A stretch of 64,000 nt of DNA from an uncultured Pseudomonadota bacterium (GTDB lineage Bacteria; Desulfobacterota; Syntrophorhabdia; Syntrophorhabdales; CAYQXL01): assembly GCA_964421445.1 (NCBI GenBank), contig CAYQXL010000002.1, positions 13,602 through 77,601 on the forward strand, in the 5' to 3' direction. Within the stretch, counting starts at the first letter, position 1. Every line of letters begins with the position of its first letter. Shown in pieces: positions 63,494 to 64,000 of the stretch. The notes below the pieces were generated by a model. It was not told the DNA's origin. It saw only the letters and a program-made list of their open reading frames with translations, and did not search any database. The translations under genes and the position numbers were made by a program.

Positions 63494-64000
63494 ATGATCT
63501 GCCGGGAATGCGGAGCGCACATTGGTGACGGAGACCGATTCTGTCTGCGATGCGGAAAGAAATGCGATGTAGAGGTTGTCGCTGTCTGTCGCCGGTGTGG
63601 GCTTTCCTATCCGCCGGGCTCAATATTTTGTGCGAGGGATGGGGAACTCTTGGTTACTGACCTCCGCGAACCGGCCTGTTCCGCCGAAACAGACGTTGGG
63701 GCTCAGAAGGGAGAGGGAGACCGGTCGGCCCGAATGAGGCCGGTGGAGGATCAATCCGGGGGAGCAAAAAGAAAGAGGGGGAACGTGTGGGCACTGATCC
63801 TTGCGGCAACGATTGTGGTCTCAGGTTGCACCGTTCTCTTCCTTTTTCAGCTGGATTTTTTTGCAAGGCCTGAAAACGTGATGCAGACCGTGAACGCTGG
63901 CCTTCGTGTGAAGGGACTGGCTGTGACTGTACAGGTCGATGGAAGCTGGACTGCAACAGCGACGGGGACGGTGCGGGACGAAAATGAAAAGAATCTTGCT
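63494..64000 (+). CDS. double-zinc-ribbon membrane protein (3'-truncated by the window edge)
   Basis: Not in the ORF track because it is open-ended; I read it by hand. MICRECGAHIGDGDRFCLRCGKKCDVEVVAVCRRCGLSYPPGSIFCARDG, a charged linker, one TM segment (VWALILAATIVVSGCTVLFLF), then an extracytoplasmic region. The frame is open to position 64000. Confidence 0.6.
   Translation, partial: MICRECGAHIGDGDRFCLRCGKKCDVEVVAVCRRCGLSYPPGSIFCARDGELLVTDLREPACSAETDVGAQKGEGDRSARMRPVEDQSGGAKRKRGNVWALILAATIVVSGCTVLFLFQLDFFARPENVMQTVNAGLRVKGLAVTVQVDGSWTATATGTVRDENEKNLA

Noticed and set aside
1-64000. Mobile elements, defence systems (CRISPR, restriction-modification, toxin-antitoxin, retrons), tRNA/rRNA genes, and long direct or inverted repeats flanking the catabolic blocks.
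   Set aside because: I recognised no transposase, integrase, recombinase, Cas, nuclease-methylase pair, tRNA-like sequence or repeated flank by eye. The catabolic blocks are bounded only by AT-rich promoter regions, so I make no claim of horizontal transfer.

Overview
This is a dense chromosomal segment of about 60 protein-coding genes, with almost all intergenic gaps under 200 nt. It appears to come from an anaerobic or microaerotolerant diderm bacterium: it carries a TonB-dependent receptor, cytochrome bd, two rubredoxins, rubrerythrin, a flavodiiron protein and an iron-sulfur flavoprotein. The lineage cannot be assigned without a database search. I saw no rRNA, tRNA, CRISPR array, transposase, integrase or phage gene. 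Layout: (i) 0-9.4 kb holds a Fur-family regulator-rubredoxin-cydA operon with a Fur-type box, ybaK, an orphan carB coupled to an unrecognisable 564-aa Rossmann protein, and ilvD. (ii) 9.4-15.7 kb holds a DUF5329 protein, a GlcD-like FAD oxidase, a three-gene operon in which every product carries a zinc ribbon, cfa, and a Zn alcohol dehydrogenase. (iii) 15.7-22.9 kb is an eight-gene operon: DUF948, YtxH, AI-2E permease, MetE-like protein, nadK, recN, GNAT, pmbA. (iv) 22.9-30.7 kb holds an MBOAT/AlgX-like O-acyltransferase pair, mscL, a DUF362 Fe-S protein, an acyl-CoA dehydrogenase, a GYD protein, Ctp protease and a thioesterase. (v) 30.9-37.2 kb holds the O2/ROS defence cluster fprA-rubredoxin-rubrerythrin-Isf, a fused feoAB, and a metallophosphoesterase. 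(vi) 37.2-50.0 kb is the most interesting block. It is a 12-gene operon: XRE-cupin regulator, MMSDH-type aldehyde dehydrogenase, TRAP transporter, three-subunit molybdenum hydroxylase, enamidase-like amidohydrolase, 6-hydroxynicotinate-reductase-like Fe-S protein, UPF0280/ApbE-like protein and DUF1185 protein. It looks like an anaerobic nicotinate-type N-heterocycle pathway with a non-canonical lower branch. (vii) 50.4-57.9 kb is a GntR-controlled LIV-type ABC importer with an isochorismatase-like hydrolase embedded between its ATPase and permease genes, plus a MOFRL glycerate-kinase-like gene. (viii) 58.3-63.3 kb is the operon nikR, SAM methyltransferase, TonB-dependent receptor, NikA-like binding protein, with no inner-membrane permease. 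(ix) A partial double-zinc-ribbon membrane protein lies at the right edge. All functional calls rest on motif and architecture recognition by eye, not on searches. Start codons were refined from the ORF track using Shine-Dalgarno (SD) spacing where stated.
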